A stretch of 46,456 nucleotides of DNA from Candidatus Aerophobota bacterium (GTDB lineage: Bacteria > Aerophobota > Aerophobia > Aerophobales > B3-G15): assembly GCA_014859225.1 (NCBI GenBank), contig JACUUP010000001.1:1-46456 (forward strand). Direction: 5' to 3'. Positions 33,263 to 42,434 of this stretch are shown here, piece by piece. The notes below the pieces were generated by a model. That model did no database searches and had not been told where the DNA came from. It saw nothing but the letters and a program-made list of their open reading frames with translations. Both the position numbers and the translations under genes were made by a program. Numbering within the stretch: position 1 is the stretch's first letter; each line of letters opens with the position of its first letter.

Positions 33263-34295
33263 ACAAGAACTTCGCTGGAAAAAATTAGAACAAAAGTTAA
33301 AAGAAAAAGACCTGGATGCTTTTCTTGTGACAGGAAAGATGGATATCTTTTACTTCTCCGGCCTGTGCTCAGGGGGAACAGTTCTTTTCACCTCTAAGAA
33401 AAAATTCTTTTTCCTCCCTCCTATGTATGCAGAAGAGATAACAAAGGATGAGAGCGGATGGGAAGTGCTTGTATATGAGAACAGCCTTGAGAGTGAACTT
33501 GAAAATGTAAGCAGAAAAATAAATGTAAAAAGGTGTGGATTTGACTCAAATCAGCTTTCTTTTGCCCTTTACAAAAAGATAAAAGAAAAATTTAAGGCCG
33601 AGCTTGTTCCCTGCGATGGTATGGCTGAAAAAATCAGAGCTATAAAAGATGGAAAAGAGCTCAATTTAATTAGAAAAGCCCGACAGATAACTATTGATGC
33701 TTTTTATCATTTAAAAAAAATTTTGCACAATGGAATGAGCGAGAAGGAAGTTGCCAATGAAGCAATAAATTATATACTAAGAGAAGCTGATGATGTATCT
33801 TTTTATCCCATAGTGCTTTTCGGAAAGAGAACCTCCCGGCCCCACGGGAAAGCCACTGAACAAAAATTAAGGGATAATGAGCTGGTGCTTATTGACATGG
33901 GAGCAAAAATCGGGGGTTACTGTGCAGATATAACCAGAACGTTTATGTGGGGCAAGGTGCAGGAAAAGTGGGAAAAAATTTATAATTTTGTGCATACGCT
34001 TCAACAATTAGCTATACAGCACATAAAGCCAGGAGTGAAAGCTAGTAAAATTGATGAGTTAATCAGAGAAGAAACTGCTAAGGCAGGTTACCAGAAAAAA
34101 CTTTTGCATGGAGCAGGTCATGGAATAGGACTTGAAGTTCATGAACAACCAATTCTTAAACGTAATTTTGATACTGTGCTGGAGGAAGGGATGGTAGTTT
34201 GTGTTGAGCCGGGGATATATTTTGCTGGAGAAGGAGGCGTAAGAATAGAAGATATGGTTTTAGTAACAAACCAGGGAGGACATATTTTATTATGA
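33252..34295 (+). CDS. M24 family Xaa-Pro aminopeptidase
   Basis: Pita-bread fold motifs DMGAKIGGYCADITRT, HGAGHGIGLEVHEQP and VEPGIY...GGVRIED. Located upstream of efp, as is common. Confidence 0.8.
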   Translation: MQSEQELRWKKLEQKLKEKDLDAFLVTGKMDIFYFSGLCSGGTVLFTSKKKFFFLPPMYAEEITKDESGWEVLVYENSLESELENVSRKINVKRCGFDSNQLSFALYKKIKEKFKAELVPCDGMAEKIRAIKDGKELNLIRKARQITIDAFYHLKKILHNGMSEKEVANEAINYILREADDVSFYPIVLFGKRTSRPHGKATEQKLRDNELVLIDMGAKIGGYCADITRTFMWGKVQEKWEKIYNFVHTLQQLAIQHIKPGVKASKIDELIREETAKAGYQKKLLHGAGHGIGLEVHEQPILKRNFDTVLEEGMVVCVEPGIYFAGEGGVRIEDMVLVTNQGGHILL

Positions 34296-34849
34296 TAACC
34301 GCTAATGATTTAAGAGAGGGAATGACAATTGATATAGATGGAGAACTTTATGTAGTGGAAGAGTTTCAACATGTAAAAAGAGCAAGAGGAGGAGCTTTTG
34401 TTAGATGTAAACTTAAAAATCTATCAACCTCTCAAGTTTTAAGAAAAATCTTCCAGCCGGATGAGAAAATGAAAGATGCCTTTATTGAACAAAAGCCCTT
34501 TCAATATCTTTACCAGCAGGGAGATATTTTTTACTTTATGGACCTGGAAAGTTTTGAAGAAAAAACTATGCACAAAAATCAAATTTCTGATAAGGCTTAT
34601 TTTTTGAAAGAAAATATTGAGGTCAATCTTAATATTTATGAGGGAAAAATTGTAGTAATTGAACTTCCAACTTTTGTGGAAATGCAGGTGAAAAAAACCG
34701 AACCAGGAGTAAAGGGAGACACGGTAGGCTCTGCTACTAAACTGGCAGTTTTAGAGTCAGGTCACAAAGTCCAGGTTCCGCTTTTTATAAACGAAAAAGA
34801 TGTTATTCGTCTGGATACACGCAGCGGTGAATATGTTGGAAAAAAATGA
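34292..34849 (+). CDS. efp: elongation factor P
   Basis: 185 aa. ITANDLREGMTIDIDGELYVVEEFQHVKRARGGAFVRCKLKNL... has the canonical EF-P layout. Confidence 0.9.
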   Translation: MITANDLREGMTIDIDGELYVVEEFQHVKRARGGAFVRCKLKNLSTSQVLRKIFQPDEKMKDAFIEQKPFQYLYQQGDIFYFMDLESFEEKTMHKNQISDKAYFLKENIEVNLNIYEGKIVVIELPTFVEMQVKKTEPGVKGDTVGSATKLAVLESGHKVQVPLFINEKDVIRLDTRSGEYVGKK

Positions 34850-34866
34850 AAATAGAGGAATAATGA

Positions 34867-35310
34867 ATGGATTTAGAACAATTAAAAAACATAATAACTA
34901 TTTTTGAGTTTTCTTCTCTTTGCGAACTTGAAATAGAAGAGAGGGGAGTTCGGTTTCGTCTGGTTAAAAAGGTATCCTCTCCTGAGACCTCTATTCCTGA
35001 ATTTGCCCGGAGCAAAGAAATTGAAGTAACTCCAACTCAAGAACAGCCTGAAAAAGTCAGTGATAAAGAGGTTATAGTTAGATCACCTCTGGTGGGAACT
35101 TTCTATAGAGCTCACTCTCCGGGTGAGGAACCTTTTACAGAAACAGGTGAACATATCCATCCCGGACAAACCCTCTGTGTTATTGAAGCTATGAAGGTTA
35201 TGAACGAAATATCCTCCGAGGTTTCGGGGAACATTAAGAAAATCCTGGTGGAAAATGGGCAACCCGTTGAATACGACCAGGAACTTTTCATTATTGAAAG
35301 GGAAGATTAG
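34867..35310 (+). CDS. accB: acetyl-CoA carboxylase biotin carboxyl carrier protein
   Basis: C-terminal biotinyl domain with [12 protein letters not shown] (AMKM-type biotin Lys). Confidence 0.9.
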   Translation: MDLEQLKNIITIFEFSSLCELEIEERGVRFRLVKKVSSPETSIPEFARSKEIEVTPTQEQPEKVSDKEVIVRSPLVGTFYRAHSPGEEPFTETGEHIHPGQTLCVIEAMKVMNEISSEVSGNIKKILVENGQPVEYDQELFIIERED

Positions 35311-36666
35311 TTGTTTACCAGAATTCTCATTGCCAATCGGGGTGAGATAGCTCTACGCATTATAAGAGCCTGCAAGGAACTGGGAATAGAGTCAGTGGTA
35401 GTATTTTCCAAAGAGGATGAGCAATCCCTGCCGGTTTTATTTGCGGATGAGGCTATATGTATAGGGCCACGCGAGCCAGCGGAAAGCTACCTTAATGTCC
35501 CTCGCATAATAAGCGCTGCGGAAATAGCTGGTGCTGATGCTATCCATCCGGGATATGGTTTTTTAGCAGAAAATGAACAGTTCGCAGAAGTTTGTAGAAG
35601 TTCAGGCATAGAGTTTATTGGACCAAATCATGAGGTTATGAGAAAACTTGGCAACAAACTGGAGGCTCGCAATACTTTATCCGAAGCCAGAATACCTGTG
35701 CTTCCCGGCTCTCCCAGTATAATAAATGATAAAAGAGAGATAGAAAAATTCGCCTCTAAGATTGGCTATCCAGTAATACTCAAGGCAACAATGGGTGGAG
35801 GCGGGAGAGGAATGAGGGTCATCTGGAAAAAAGAAGACATTGACAGTTTATTCAGTCTCGCCCGACAGGAAGCTAAGATTGCTTTTGGTCATCCGGACCT
35901 CTATTTAGAGAAATATGTTCCTAATGCAAGACATATAGAGTTTCAGATAATGGCGGACAATTTTGGCAGTATAGTTCATTTTGGGGAAAGAAATTGTTCT
36001 ATACAGAGAAGATACCAAAAACTTATAGAAGAGTCTCCATCCCCTTCCATAGACCAGAAGATGAGAGATGAAATGGGAAAAACTGCTGTAAAAGTGGCAA
36101 AACAGCTACATTATACAGGAGCAGGAACTGTTGAATTCATAGTAAACAAGCACAACAACTTTTATTTTATGGAAATGAATACCCGTCTTCAGGTGGAACA
36201 TCCGGTTACAGAAATGGTCACGGGAAAAGACCTGGTAAAGGACCAGATAAGAGTGGCAAGTGGAGAACCCTTAGGTTATATACAGAAAGATGTCAGGATG
36301 TACGGTGCAGCTATTGAATGCCGCATTAATGCTGAGGATGTTGAAAAAAACTTTACTTCCTCACCAGGAAAAATTTCTTCCTTTCATGTTCCCGGAGGCC
36401 CGGGCATTAGAGTAGACACCCATGTTTTCACTGGATATACGATATCCTTTTCTTATGATTCACTAATAGCCAAACTTATAAGCTGGGGAATAGATCGCTC
36501 GGAGGCAATACTCAGAATGAAACGAGCCCTGGAAGAATTTGTAATTGAGGGAGTTAAAACTACAATCCCCTTTCATCAGAGAATCTTAGAACATGAGAGC
36601 TTTGTAGCGGGCAAATTTGATACGGAATTTATAGAAAGAGAGATAATGCAAGAGATTAATAAATAA
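35311..36666 (+). CDS. accC: acetyl-CoA carboxylase biotin carboxylase
   Basis: (M)FTRILIANRGEIALRIIRACKELGI, GYPVILKATMGGGGRGMRV and EMNTRLQVEHPVTE are present. TTG start directly after accB. Confidence 0.9.
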   Translation: MFTRILIANRGEIALRIIRACKELGIESVVVFSKEDEQSLPVLFADEAICIGPREPAESYLNVPRIISAAEIAGADAIHPGYGFLAENEQFAEVCRSSGIEFIGPNHEVMRKLGNKLEARNTLSEARIPVLPGSPSIINDKREIEKFASKIGYPVILKATMGGGGRGMRVIWKKEDIDSLFSLARQEAKIAFGHPDLYLEKYVPNARHIEFQIMADNFGSIVHFGERNCSIQRRYQKLIEESPSPSIDQKMRDEMGKTAVKVAKQLHYTGAGTVEFIVNKHNNFYFMEMNTRLQVEHPVTEMVTGKDLVKDQIRVASGEPLGYIQKDVRMYGAAIECRINAEDVEKNFTSSPGKISSFHVPGGPGIRVDTHVFTGYTISFSYDSLIAKLISWGIDRSEAILRMKRALEEFVIEGVKTTIPFHQRILEHESFVAGKFDTEFIEREIMQEINK

Positions 36667-36678
36667 AGGAGGATTTAT

Positions 36679-36981
36679 TTGGAAAAGGAAAATAGCTACG
36701 AGGTAGAAAAAAAAGTCACAATAAATCTGATAAAAAAAATTGTCAGGGAAGTGGATGGAGTCCACTCTATTAAAAGCGGCTTTTTAGGCAAAACTATCCG
36801 AATAAAACAAGATTTTGAGGGTATGGATATCTCCCTGGGATTAGTTCTAAAAAGAGGAACCTTCATCCCCGAGGTTGCGCAAGAAGTCCAGAAAAAATTA
36901 AAGCAAGAGATGGAAAAAACACTGGGAACTTCTGTAAGAAAGATAGATATAAAAATTAAAGGGATTAAGTTTTCCCCTTAA
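36679..36981 (+). CDS. Asp23/Gls24 family envelope stress protein
   Basis: 100 aa. ...VREVDGVHSI...GMDISLGLVLKRGTFIPEVAQEVQKKLKQEMEKTLG... is the Asp23 pattern. TTG start with a GGAGGA RBS. Confidence 0.65.
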   Translation: MEKENSYEVEKKVTINLIKKIVREVDGVHSIKSGFLGKTIRIKQDFEGMDISLGLVLKRGTFIPEVAQEVQKKLKQEMEKTLGTSVRKIDIKIKGIKFSP

Positions 36982-36999
36982 ATAGAAAAGGAGGCTGTC

Positions 37000-37521
37000 A
37001 TGAAGATATATCAAAAAGGTTTATGGGTCATAGGATTAATTGCACTGGCTGCTCTTTCGCTGGGGGGATTTTTGATAAGTGCGGGAATTATGCCTAAAAT
37101 TCTTATTTTCGGTGCTCTAACCGGGATAGAACTGAACATCCTTATCCGAGCTATATCTACCATAGTCTTTGCTTTACTCTTTATTCTTAGCATCTACCTT
37201 CCCCTGTTCACCTGGACAGAAAAAAAGGGGACAGTCATTCCCCTGAGAAATCCTCTGGGAAATGTGGAAATATCCCAGGGAGCAATATCTGATTTCATAG
37301 AAAGAGTAGGCGCAGAAGTTGAAGGAGTTGAAGATTTGAGGGCACAAGTTAAATCTACAGAGGAGGGAATTGATGTAGAGCTTTCTCTTTCGGCTCAGGG
37401 GCAAGGGGAGATACCAAGACTGATAGACGAGCTGCAGAATGTGATAAAAAAATACCTGAATACTACAGTAGGTATTGAGAATATAGGAGAAATTAAGGTA
37501 AAAGTTAAAAAAATTATTTAA
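37000..37521 (+). CDS. AmaP-like membrane anchor protein (Asp23 partner)
   Basis: 173 aa with two N-terminal TM helices, then an Asp23-like soluble part (GNVEISQGAISDFIERVGAEVEGVEDL...). Position after the Asp23 gene fits. Confidence 0.45.
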   Translation: MKIYQKGLWVIGLIALAALSLGGFLISAGIMPKILIFGALTGIELNILIRAISTIVFALLFILSIYLPLFTWTEKKGTVIPLRNPLGNVEISQGAISDFIERVGAEVEGVEDLRAQVKSTEEGIDVELSLSAQGQGEIPRLIDELQNVIKKYLNTTVGIENIGEIKVKVKKII

Positions 37522-37562
37522 ACCTCAGTGCACCCTGTCCTGAATATAGAAAGGGAGAGAAT

Positions 37563-40424
37563 GTGAAAAGATGGATGTTAAAGATTGGTGTTTTCTTATT
37601 AATTGCTCTTTTTCCCTCCTTTGCCCTGGCTCACTTTAACCATCCTGAACTTAACTGGCAAATAGTAGAAACTCCCCATTTTTTAATCCATTATCATCAA
37701 AATACCAAAAATTTTGCTCACCAGAGTGCTCAAATAGCAGAAGAGCTTTACGAAAAATTAACCTCTAATATAGGTTATTATCCGCGGGAAAAAATTCCTG
37801 TGGTAATAGAAAACATAGATGATAAAACAGGCGGTTACACCACTATCTTTACCAATAAGATAGTTATCCAGGCTAAATCTGACCCTTTGCGAAGCTCAGG
37901 CAATCTTTCCTGGCTGGAGGAGGTACTGGCACACGAGCTAACCCATTACATTAGCTTTGCGGCAATAGATGAATCCATCGTCCCTTTAAGAAAAATGATG
38001 GCTCATTTAGCTATTCCCATGTGGTTCATTGAAGGGCTGGCTCAATACTTAGGAGAGGAATGGCATTCCTTAAAGCAGATGAGCGTAGCTGACCAGGCAA
38101 GGGAAAATAAGATAATGTCTGAGGGGGATTTAGGGGCTTTTTATTTTTTTGATGGCTGGGGAAGGATGAGTGGATATTACCAATCTAATAGCTTTGTTCG
38201 CTACATTTTTGAAACCTACGGCAGGGATAAAATATCCGAAATACACAATAATCTCGGAAAGCAACCTTTACTGAGAGTAGTAGGAGTAATTGATATTACG
38301 GGTGGCGCAGCCCTATACCCTATACCTCGATTTGTAAATTTCGACCAGGCTCTAAGGGAAACTTTGGGGAAAGATACTCTGCAGCTTTATCAGGAATGGA
38401 GAAAATGGGTGATGGAAAAACATAAACTTAAGGAGGATGAAATAGATTTTCTCTTAAAAAAACCTGCCATCCTGTTAGGAAACAGAGCCCAGAGTCCCAC
38501 CTTCTCACCTGATGGGAACTACATCGCCTTCGCATCTAACAAAGATTATGATTTTGCCATATTTGACCTTTACCTTTTCCATCTTTCTACAGAAAAAATA
38601 AAAAAACTTGTTAGTGGGATAAATACTTATTTTTCTTTTTCACCCGATGCAACCTCCATAGTTTATTCCAAAACAGATTTTTATTCTCCCAGCCGCTCCT
38701 TTTTATCTGACCTTTATCAAATTGATCTATCTACGGGGCACACAAAAAGGCTAACCTACGCCGAAAGAGCCTTTCAACCTGTATTTTCTCCTGAAGGTGA
38801 TAAAATCCTTTTTGTAAAAAAAGAGGGAGGAAACTCCAACCTTTATTATCTTAGCCTTAAAACAGGAAAAGTTTCCCCTTTAACTTTTGAGGATGATGGG
38901 CTAACTCAAAACTTTTCTCCCGCATTTTCTCCTGATGGGGAAAGTGTTGTTTTTGTCAGATTTGCAGAAAACAGAAGAAACCTTTATATTTTAAGGATGG
39001 AAGATAAAAAAATTCATCCGCTAACAGAAGGAGATGGCGATGATAGAAACCCAGTTTTTTCTCCGGATGGGAAAAGGGTACTATTTATCTCCGACAGATG
39101 CAGTCCTCAAAAAATAAACAGGGAAGTTTTTAACCTCTGGTCTTTGGAACTTGAAACGAACAGATTAACAAAACACACTCAGGTTGATGGAGGGGTGTTT
39201 GACCCTGCTATCTCACCTGATGCAGGTAAAATTGCCTTGTCCGGATATAGGGAAGAGGTTTTCTCCATCTATATTTTCCCCTTTGATAAGATAATCTCCC
39301 AGGAATTTCCCTTAGAGGATGAATTTGAAGATGAAAAAAACGAGCAACAAGACCACATCACTGAGGGGCAAAAAGAGATTATAGCTGAGGTTGCTCAAGA
39401 AAAAGAGCCTGTAAGGACAAAAACATACCCTTATAGTCCCAGCCTGAAGCTGCACTATATTTTCCCCTGGTTTTCCATAAGTGAAACTGAATCTTTTTTC
39501 TCGCTTGATTTTTATGCATCAGATGTTCTGGAAAAACATGGGCTGATGGGCTCGCTTTATCTATCCAGAGATACACAGTATGAGTTTTTTTATGTAAACA
39601 GAAGTTTTGAGCCCACACTGTGGATAAATATGTATCATAAAGAGGGACGGTCAACTTTTAAAGAAAAAACTTTCCCGGTAGAAATTACAGGACAGGCGGC
39701 AGGAGTTTATTATCCTTTAAATAATAAAATATCAACCCAACTTACTTACTTCCAGGAGGAGCTAAAAACACATCTTTTTACGAGAGCCCTTGAGCCAGTT
39801 CCCTGGGAGGGGAGTATCAGAGCACTTAAAGGAGAGCTTGGCTATTCTAACCTTCTGCCCACAAGAGATTCTGAAACTTTGCCCCGGGGAAAAAAACTTT
39901 ACCTTGGAGTAGAGTACTCCGATAGACAAATTGGTAGTGACCTTAATTATTTAGCCTGGTATGCCCATCTGAACAATTACTTCAAACTTTCTGATAACAC
40001 AAGTTTTGCCGTAAGATTAGCAGGAAAAAGGATAGAAACCCAAGATGAGCCTCGTCCTGTTTTTTCCCTTGATGGATGGAGAGAGTTAAGAGGATATCCC
40101 CAGCACTTTCTGGACGAAGCTGCCGGGGAAAATCTTCTGCTTGGCTCAGTGGAGTATAGATTCAGACTGCAAGAAAGAATGGGAGGCTCTTCATTTTTTT
40201 ATCTTGACAGCCTGGGGGGAGCACTTTTCTTTGATGCAGGAGTAACCTGGCTGGAGGAGGAAAACCTGAAAAAGAAAAGAATTTACAAGGATGCGGGATT
40301 TGAGTTTCGCTTACGAATGCTCCCTTTTGGTAAGTACTCTTCCGTTTTGCGCTTTGGTATGGCGTGGCCCTTTGATTACGATAACCGGGGACGATTCTTC
40401 ATCATGTTAGGAGGCATATTTTAA
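37563..40424 (+). CDS. outer-membrane fusion protein: peptidase-MA-like domain + PD40/TolB-type beta-propeller + Omp85-type C-terminal barrel
   Basis: Signal peptide ...FPSFALA. HELTHY...WFIEGLAQY is the HExxH...EGxAxY motif of the peptidase MA family. At least seven FSPDG/ISPDA PD40 repeats. The C-terminus has LRGYP (an Omp85 loop-6 RGY/F-like motif), ...GFEFRLRM... and a final ...FFIMLGGIF ending in Phe. Confidence 0.7.
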   Translation: MKRWMLKIGVFLLIALFPSFALAHFNHPELNWQIVETPHFLIHYHQNTKNFAHQSAQIAEELYEKLTSNIGYYPREKIPVVIENIDDKTGGYTTIFTNKIVIQAKSDPLRSSGNLSWLEEVLAHELTHYISFAAIDESIVPLRKMMAHLAIPMWFIEGLAQYLGEEWHSLKQMSVADQARENKIMSEGDLGAFYFFDGWGRMSGYYQSNSFVRYIFETYGRDKISEIHNNLGKQPLLRVVGVIDITGGAALYPIPRFVNFDQALRETLGKDTLQLYQEWRKWVMEKHKLKEDEIDFLLKKPAILLGNRAQSPTFSPDGNYIAFASNKDYDFAIFDLYLFHLSTEKIKKLVSGINTYFSFSPDATSIVYSKTDFYSPSRSFLSDLYQIDLSTGHTKRLTYAERAFQPVFSPEGDKILFVKKEGGNSNLYYLSLKTGKVSPLTFEDDGLTQNFSPAFSPDGESVVFVRFAENRRNLYILRMEDKKIHPLTEGDGDDRNPVFSPDGKRVLFISDRCSPQKINREVFNLWSLELETNRLTKHTQVDGGVFDPAISPDAGKIALSGYREEVFSIYIFPFDKIISQEFPLEDEFEDEKNEQQDHITEGQKEIIAEVAQEKEPVRTKTYPYSPSLKLHYIFPWFSISETESFFSLDFYASDVLEKHGLMGSLYLSRDTQYEFFYVNRSFEPTLWINMYHKEGRSTFKEKTFPVEITGQAAGVYYPLNNKISTQLTYFQEELKTHLFTRALEPVPWEGSIRALKGELGYSNLLPTRDSETLPRGKKLYLGVEYSDRQIGSDLNYLAWYAHLNNYFKLSDNTSFAVRLAGKRIETQDEPRPVFSLDGWRELRGYPQHFLDEAAGENLLLGSVEYRFRLQERMGGSSFFYLDSLGGALFFDAGVTWLEEENLKKKRIYKDAGFEFRLRMLPFGKYSSVLRFGMAWPFDYDNRGRFFIMLGGIF

Positions 40425-40435
40425 TTTCTTTGTTG

Positions 40436-40463
40436 TTGGCAACTTAAATTTTCAAATTATAAT
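40436..40463 (+). promoter_or_regulatory. promoter of the PIN gene
   Basis: TTGGCA (40436-40441), 16-nt spacer, TATAAT (40458-40463), 18 nt before the ATG region. Confidence 0.5.
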
Positions 40464-40480
40464 GCATATGGAGAAAAAAA

Positions 40481-40927
40481 ATGAAAATATACCTGGATAC
40501 ATCTGTAATATCTGCTCTTTTTGATAACAAAAATCCCGAAAGAAAAGCATTAACAGAGGAGTTCTTCTCTGGCATTAGACTTTACAGAACTTACATATCA
40601 GAACTTAGTCTTGTGGAGATCGCAAAAACACCCGATAAATCTCTAAGAGACAAAATGAGACAGGTAGCTAAGAGATTCTCAATTCTTGAAATAAATGAAG
40701 AGGTAGAAAAACTGGCAAGTGAATATGTCAGGTATAAAGCTGTTCCTAAATCTTATTCGGAGGATACCTACCATATAGCAGTTGCTGTTCTAAACGAAAT
40801 AGATTATCTTTTAAGTTGGAATTTTCGGCATATCGTCAGGAAAAGGACGAGGGACATTGTAAGGATGATAAATACTTTAAGAAATTTAAAAAGTATAGAG
40901 ATAATTACACCAGGAGAGTTATTGTAG
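40481..40927 (+). CDS. PIN domain nuclease (VapC-like putative toxin)
   Basis: 148 aa. Acidic PIN residues fall in the expected order (YLDTSVI; SELSLVEI; EDTYHIAVA; ...SWNFRHI). Confidence 0.65.
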   Translation: MKIYLDTSVISALFDNKNPERKALTEEFFSGIRLYRTYISELSLVEIAKTPDKSLRDKMRQVAKRFSILEINEEVEKLASEYVRYKAVPKSYSEDTYHIAVAVLNEIDYLLSWNFRHIVRKRTRDIVRMINTLRNLKSIEIITPGELL

Positions 40928-40940
40928 GGGAGGTGAAAAA

Positions 40941-41129
40941 ATGAAAGAAAAAAAAATAATGAAAATAAAGAGAGATGTTGAAAAGGAATTTCCAGGTGAT
41001 TTTGCGTTACAACAGGTTCATATAGCGAGAAAATTGCTTTCCGAAGAAGCAAAAGAGAAAAATCTGAGTTTATGGAGGCACATTAAAATGCAAGCCAAAG
41101 AGGTGGAAAAAGTGGTGCACGACCTATAA
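40941..41129 (+). CDS. small hypothetical protein downstream of PIN (possible cognate partner)
   Basis: 62 aa, K/E-rich and helical. A strong RBS GGGGAGGTGA lies 5 nt upstream. The gap to the PIN gene is 13 nt. Confidence 0.5.
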   Translation: MKEKKIMKIKRDVEKEFPGDFALQQVHIARKLLSEEAKEKNLSLWRHIKMQAKEVEKVVHDL

Positions 41130-41200
41130 CAAGAGGTGCACAATTCGTATTCGGGAAGTTAGGCATAGAGAATTTTATCCCTGACTTTAAAATAAATACA

Positions 41201-41224
41201 GTAGGACAGGCGTCTCGCCTGTCA
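41201..41224 (+). repeat. 24-nt palindromic REP-like element
   Basis: GTAGGACAGGCGTCTCGCCTGTCA is identical to 42842-42865 and is the reverse complement of 18083-18106. Confidence 0.85.
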
Positions 41225-41255
41225 CCACACAGGAGGAGTTTGCTGTACAAGTTGC

Positions 41256-41283
41256 TTGACATTTTTAAAAAAGAAGGTAGAAT
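41256..41283 (+). promoter_or_regulatory. sigma70-like promoter with no gene for ~560 nt
   Basis: TTGACA (41256-41261), 16-nt spacer, TAGAAT (41278-41283). The next credible start codon is at 41845. Confidence 0.45.
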
Positions 41284-41844
41284 AGTTTGCAGTGCTATAC
41301 AGATGCGCTCTTCTTCAAGATGTAATTAGGTTGCCCCGCTCAGAAATTGTTTTACCTTACCACAAGTAGCGAAAGAAGATACGAGTAGCTTAAAGCTCGC
41401 CCGGATACAGAAAATGAGTTCCATAGCAATAGCTTGGAAAATGTAAAAAGGTATTTTCATGAAAAATTTCCGGGCAAAGAAATTAAGGATGAGCTGTAAA
41501 TTATTGAAACTTTCTCCCCTAAGAGTTATATTTTTGCTTTCCATAATAAAGCTAACCAGAATAAAATCTTTCAGAAATCTTGTCCCCAACTTTAAAAATA
41601 AAGATAGGGTGGAACCGAGGACAATAAGGTTGCTTTTTAGCGAACTTCTTCGATGCACGGATAGGACAGAGAAACTTATGACGCCACCTCTTTTGCTTTT
41701 TATCGTAGAATCTTCCTCTGGATGCCATCTCAAAACTTGACATAGGAGAACAAAAAGGGACGCAGTGTACTTGGAAATAGTGCAATAAAGCTGGTTTACG
41801 AATTTAGTGAAAGACAGAATTTTTAATGTAAAGGAGATAGAGCC

Positions 41845-42039
41845 ATGGGTAAAAATTTCGATGCATATATAGCACTCGATAAAAAGGGGTTAGAGAATAA
41901 ATACGTGATCATTGTGAATGGTGAGGTGGTAGCAAAGGGTGAGAATATCGAGGAAATGCTCGATAGGGTGCGGCGAGAATATCCTCACGAAAGACCCTTT
42001 ATAGCGAAAGTGCCCGAGGAAAGGGTACTAGTGCTATGA
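41845..42039 (+). CDS. DUF5678-like small protein
   Basis: 64 aa. ...KYVIIVNGEVVAKGENIEEMLDRVRREYPHERPFIAKVP matches the pattern I associate with DUF5678 partners of retropepsin-like proteases. AAGGAG RBS. ATGA overlap with the next gene. Confidence 0.6.
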   Translation: MGKNFDAYIALDKKGLENKYVIIVNGEVVAKGENIEEMLDRVRREYPHERPFIAKVPEERVLVL

Positions 42040-42434
42040 TACGTCAAAGATTCAGAGAAGAAAGAAGTAACTTAGGAATCGTTCTTCGCCCTCTAGCAGA
42101 GGTAATTTTGGAAAATGATAGTTTTGCCGTGGAAATACCAATGTACATAGATTCAGGTGCTGACGTTTCAATGATACCTTTTCGTTTTGGCAGGGCACTT
42201 GGTTTTAAGCAAGAGGAAGAAGATGCTATCCAGGAGATTAAAGGAGTTTCAGGAGCAGGAGTTTCTTATATTCTCAAGGAGGTCTCTTTGGTGTTGAATG
42301 GCAAAAGGCTGAAAATAAGGATAGCGTGGGGATTAGTTGAAGAAATACCGATGCTTATGGGAAGAATGGACATATTTGATAAATTTCGGGTGATTTTTGA
42401 TGAAAGAAATGGATGGATTGATTTTGAGGAATGA
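42036..42434 (+). CDS. retropepsin-like clan AA aspartic protease (AF_0612-type)
   Basis: 132 aa. YIDSGADVSMIP is the D-S/T-G-A active-site motif. The ...IPMLMGRMDIFDKFRVIFD tail is typical of single-domain bacterial/archaeal retropepsins. Confidence 0.7.
   Translation: MIRQRFREERSNLGIVLRPLAEVILENDSFAVEIPMYIDSGADVSMIPFRFGRALGFKQEEEDAIQEIKGVSGAGVSYILKEVSLVLNGKRLKIRIAWGLVEEIPMLMGRMDIFDKFRVIFDERNGWIDFEE

Noticed and set aside
41326-41785. Three overlapping ORFs (135, 93 and 77 aa) in the 41.3-41.8 kb gap as real genes
   Set aside because: They mutually overlap in different frames and strands, have no RBS and have implausible composition. At best they are fragments of a decayed transposase. I report that only as a low-confidence possibility.
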